NCBI GenBank assembly: GCA_004431415.1
Contig: QPMI01000439.1
Coordinates: forward strand, 434,001 to 498,000
DNA length: 64,000 nucleotides
Source of the DNA: Cyanophora paradoxa CCMP329
Lineage: Eukaryota > Plantae > Glaucophyta
Reading direction: 5' to 3'
Part shown: in pieces, positions 62,931 through 64,000 of the stretch
Position numbering within the stretch: position 1 is the first letter of the stretch
Layout of the letters: each line of letters opens with the position of its first letter
The notes under the pieces: model-generated
Told to the model about the DNA's origin: nothing
Seen by the model: the letters and a program-made list of their open reading frames with translations, nothing else
The model's database searches: none
Made by a program: the position numbers and the translations under genes

Positions 62931-64000
62931 GGGCCGGGCAGCGGGAGCTCCTCGCGGCGAAGCTCCTGGGCTACGAGGTTCCAGAACGGGTCGGCTAGGG
63001 CTCCGGGTCGATGAGAAAGTGCTCGAGAGGCTGGCGATCCGGTATACAGGCGGTGCGGTGCGCGGTGGCACTGTACCGGGCGGCGTTGCTTGTAGCCGAC
63101 GGCGGCTGGGCTGCGCGGAGGGATCCGCTTCGTAATCCAATCGCGTTCCACGGAGGAAGGAAGAGCGTCGTGCGGAACTCGGTCCACCACTCCTGACTCT
63201 CTAGCTTCACAACCGCGTACGGTTCGTGCTTCCGCGTGCGGGTCGCCGGGTGATTAGCTCGAGGAGGCGGCCGGTGAATGTGGATAGAGTCCTCGGTCCA
63301 CTGGCAGGCGCCTGACTCCGGCTCAGAGTGGTCGCAGCGCTGGCGCGCCGCCTTGGCTGTCGCATCGTCCGTCGTGTACCGCGCATCGCACTCATCTTTG
63401 AGCATCGTGCACTTGTAGAATCGGGCGGCGCCCTCCCGTCGCCGTCGCGGATCGTGCGGTCGCGCCAGATCCAATGTTCCAGGCGGACTACACGCGAGCG
63501 CCCATCGTCTTCATCGCGCTTCTCCATTTGCTAACGATGCGCGTCAGGTAGCCCTGCGGGTGCCAGCGAACTGTCCCTCACGTACGGCGGGCTCATCAGG
63601 TTCGCTTCGAAAGCGTCTGCTGGCGCCGCGCCCCTGCTTGAGCACGTGCATGGGAAGCGCAGGGAGCGTGGGAGCTTCCTCGCGGGACGGGCTCGCAGAT
63701 TGCGCGGAGGAAGTCTGGAACCACGACGGCGCCCGGCTGAGACGCTGGCGACGCGGCCGCTGCCCAGAGGCTCGCCCAGTCCAGAACGGTGCGCCGTCCG
63801 GCCCGTGATGTCCGCCGCGTCAGCAGATCGTGTTCCCACAGAACGCGCGGCGCTGCGAGGAGGCTGCGGTAGAAGCGTAGTGAGGACGAATCTTCGTTCG
63901 AGTCGAGGATGCGGGAGGCCGAGTCAGGTGCGACCTTCCCGAGTCGAGGATGTAGCCTCCGCATTCATATTTCGGGCTATAGCGAGGGCTAGATGATCGC

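Larger units (their letters stand above)
57906..64000 (-). mobile_element. Non-LTR retrotransposon, 3' portion (RT not in window), inserted in the viral element
   Basis: T13 at 57906-57918 is the poly-A tail; GC-rich and intronless; RNase H, CCHC finger, IWQARN, Ulp1 and a Pro-rich tail. Confidence 0.85.

Noticed and set aside
1-64000. tRNA/rRNA genes, Fanzor/TnpB, and a host species assignment
   Set aside because: No supporting motifs were recognised. The host style suggests a GC-rich alga or protist, but it cannot be identified from this sequence alone.

Overview
The window has three compartments. (1) About 1-32.9 kb is very GC-rich, intron-dense eukaryotic (protist or algal) DNA. It holds a cluster of MITEs, a patatin-like phospholipase gene divergent from a UV-damage endonuclease (UVDE) gene, and a ~17-kb gene for a soluble adenylyl cyclase (ADCY10)-like cyclase-NTPase-helical repeat protein. 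Many of these introns have GC donors and carry copies of their own exon junctions. (2) About 32.9-57.9 kb is an AT-rich, intronless endogenous Polinton-like virus or virophage-type element. It encodes a double-jelly-roll-type capsid, two pentons, an A32-type packaging ATPase, a PrimPol-SF3 helicase, a protein-primed PolB with an apparently dead proofreading domain, an rve integrase, a patatin-discoidin lipase and a cassette of phage-like fibre genes. It carries giant-virus-style early (AAAAATTGA) and late (TCTA) motifs. Palindromic TGTGACAGG iteron cassettes with inverted flanks bracket a 9-kb capsid plus primase module. (3) 57.9-64 kb is the 3' part of a GC-rich non-LTR retrotransposon (RNase H, CCHC finger, C-terminal Ulp1 protease, poly-A) inserted into a viral gene. 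The right end of the virus is therefore not in the window. Many frameshifts occur, and the ones inspected are single-base losses in short homopolymers, so they may be assembly errors. All calls come from motif recognition by eye; no searches were run.
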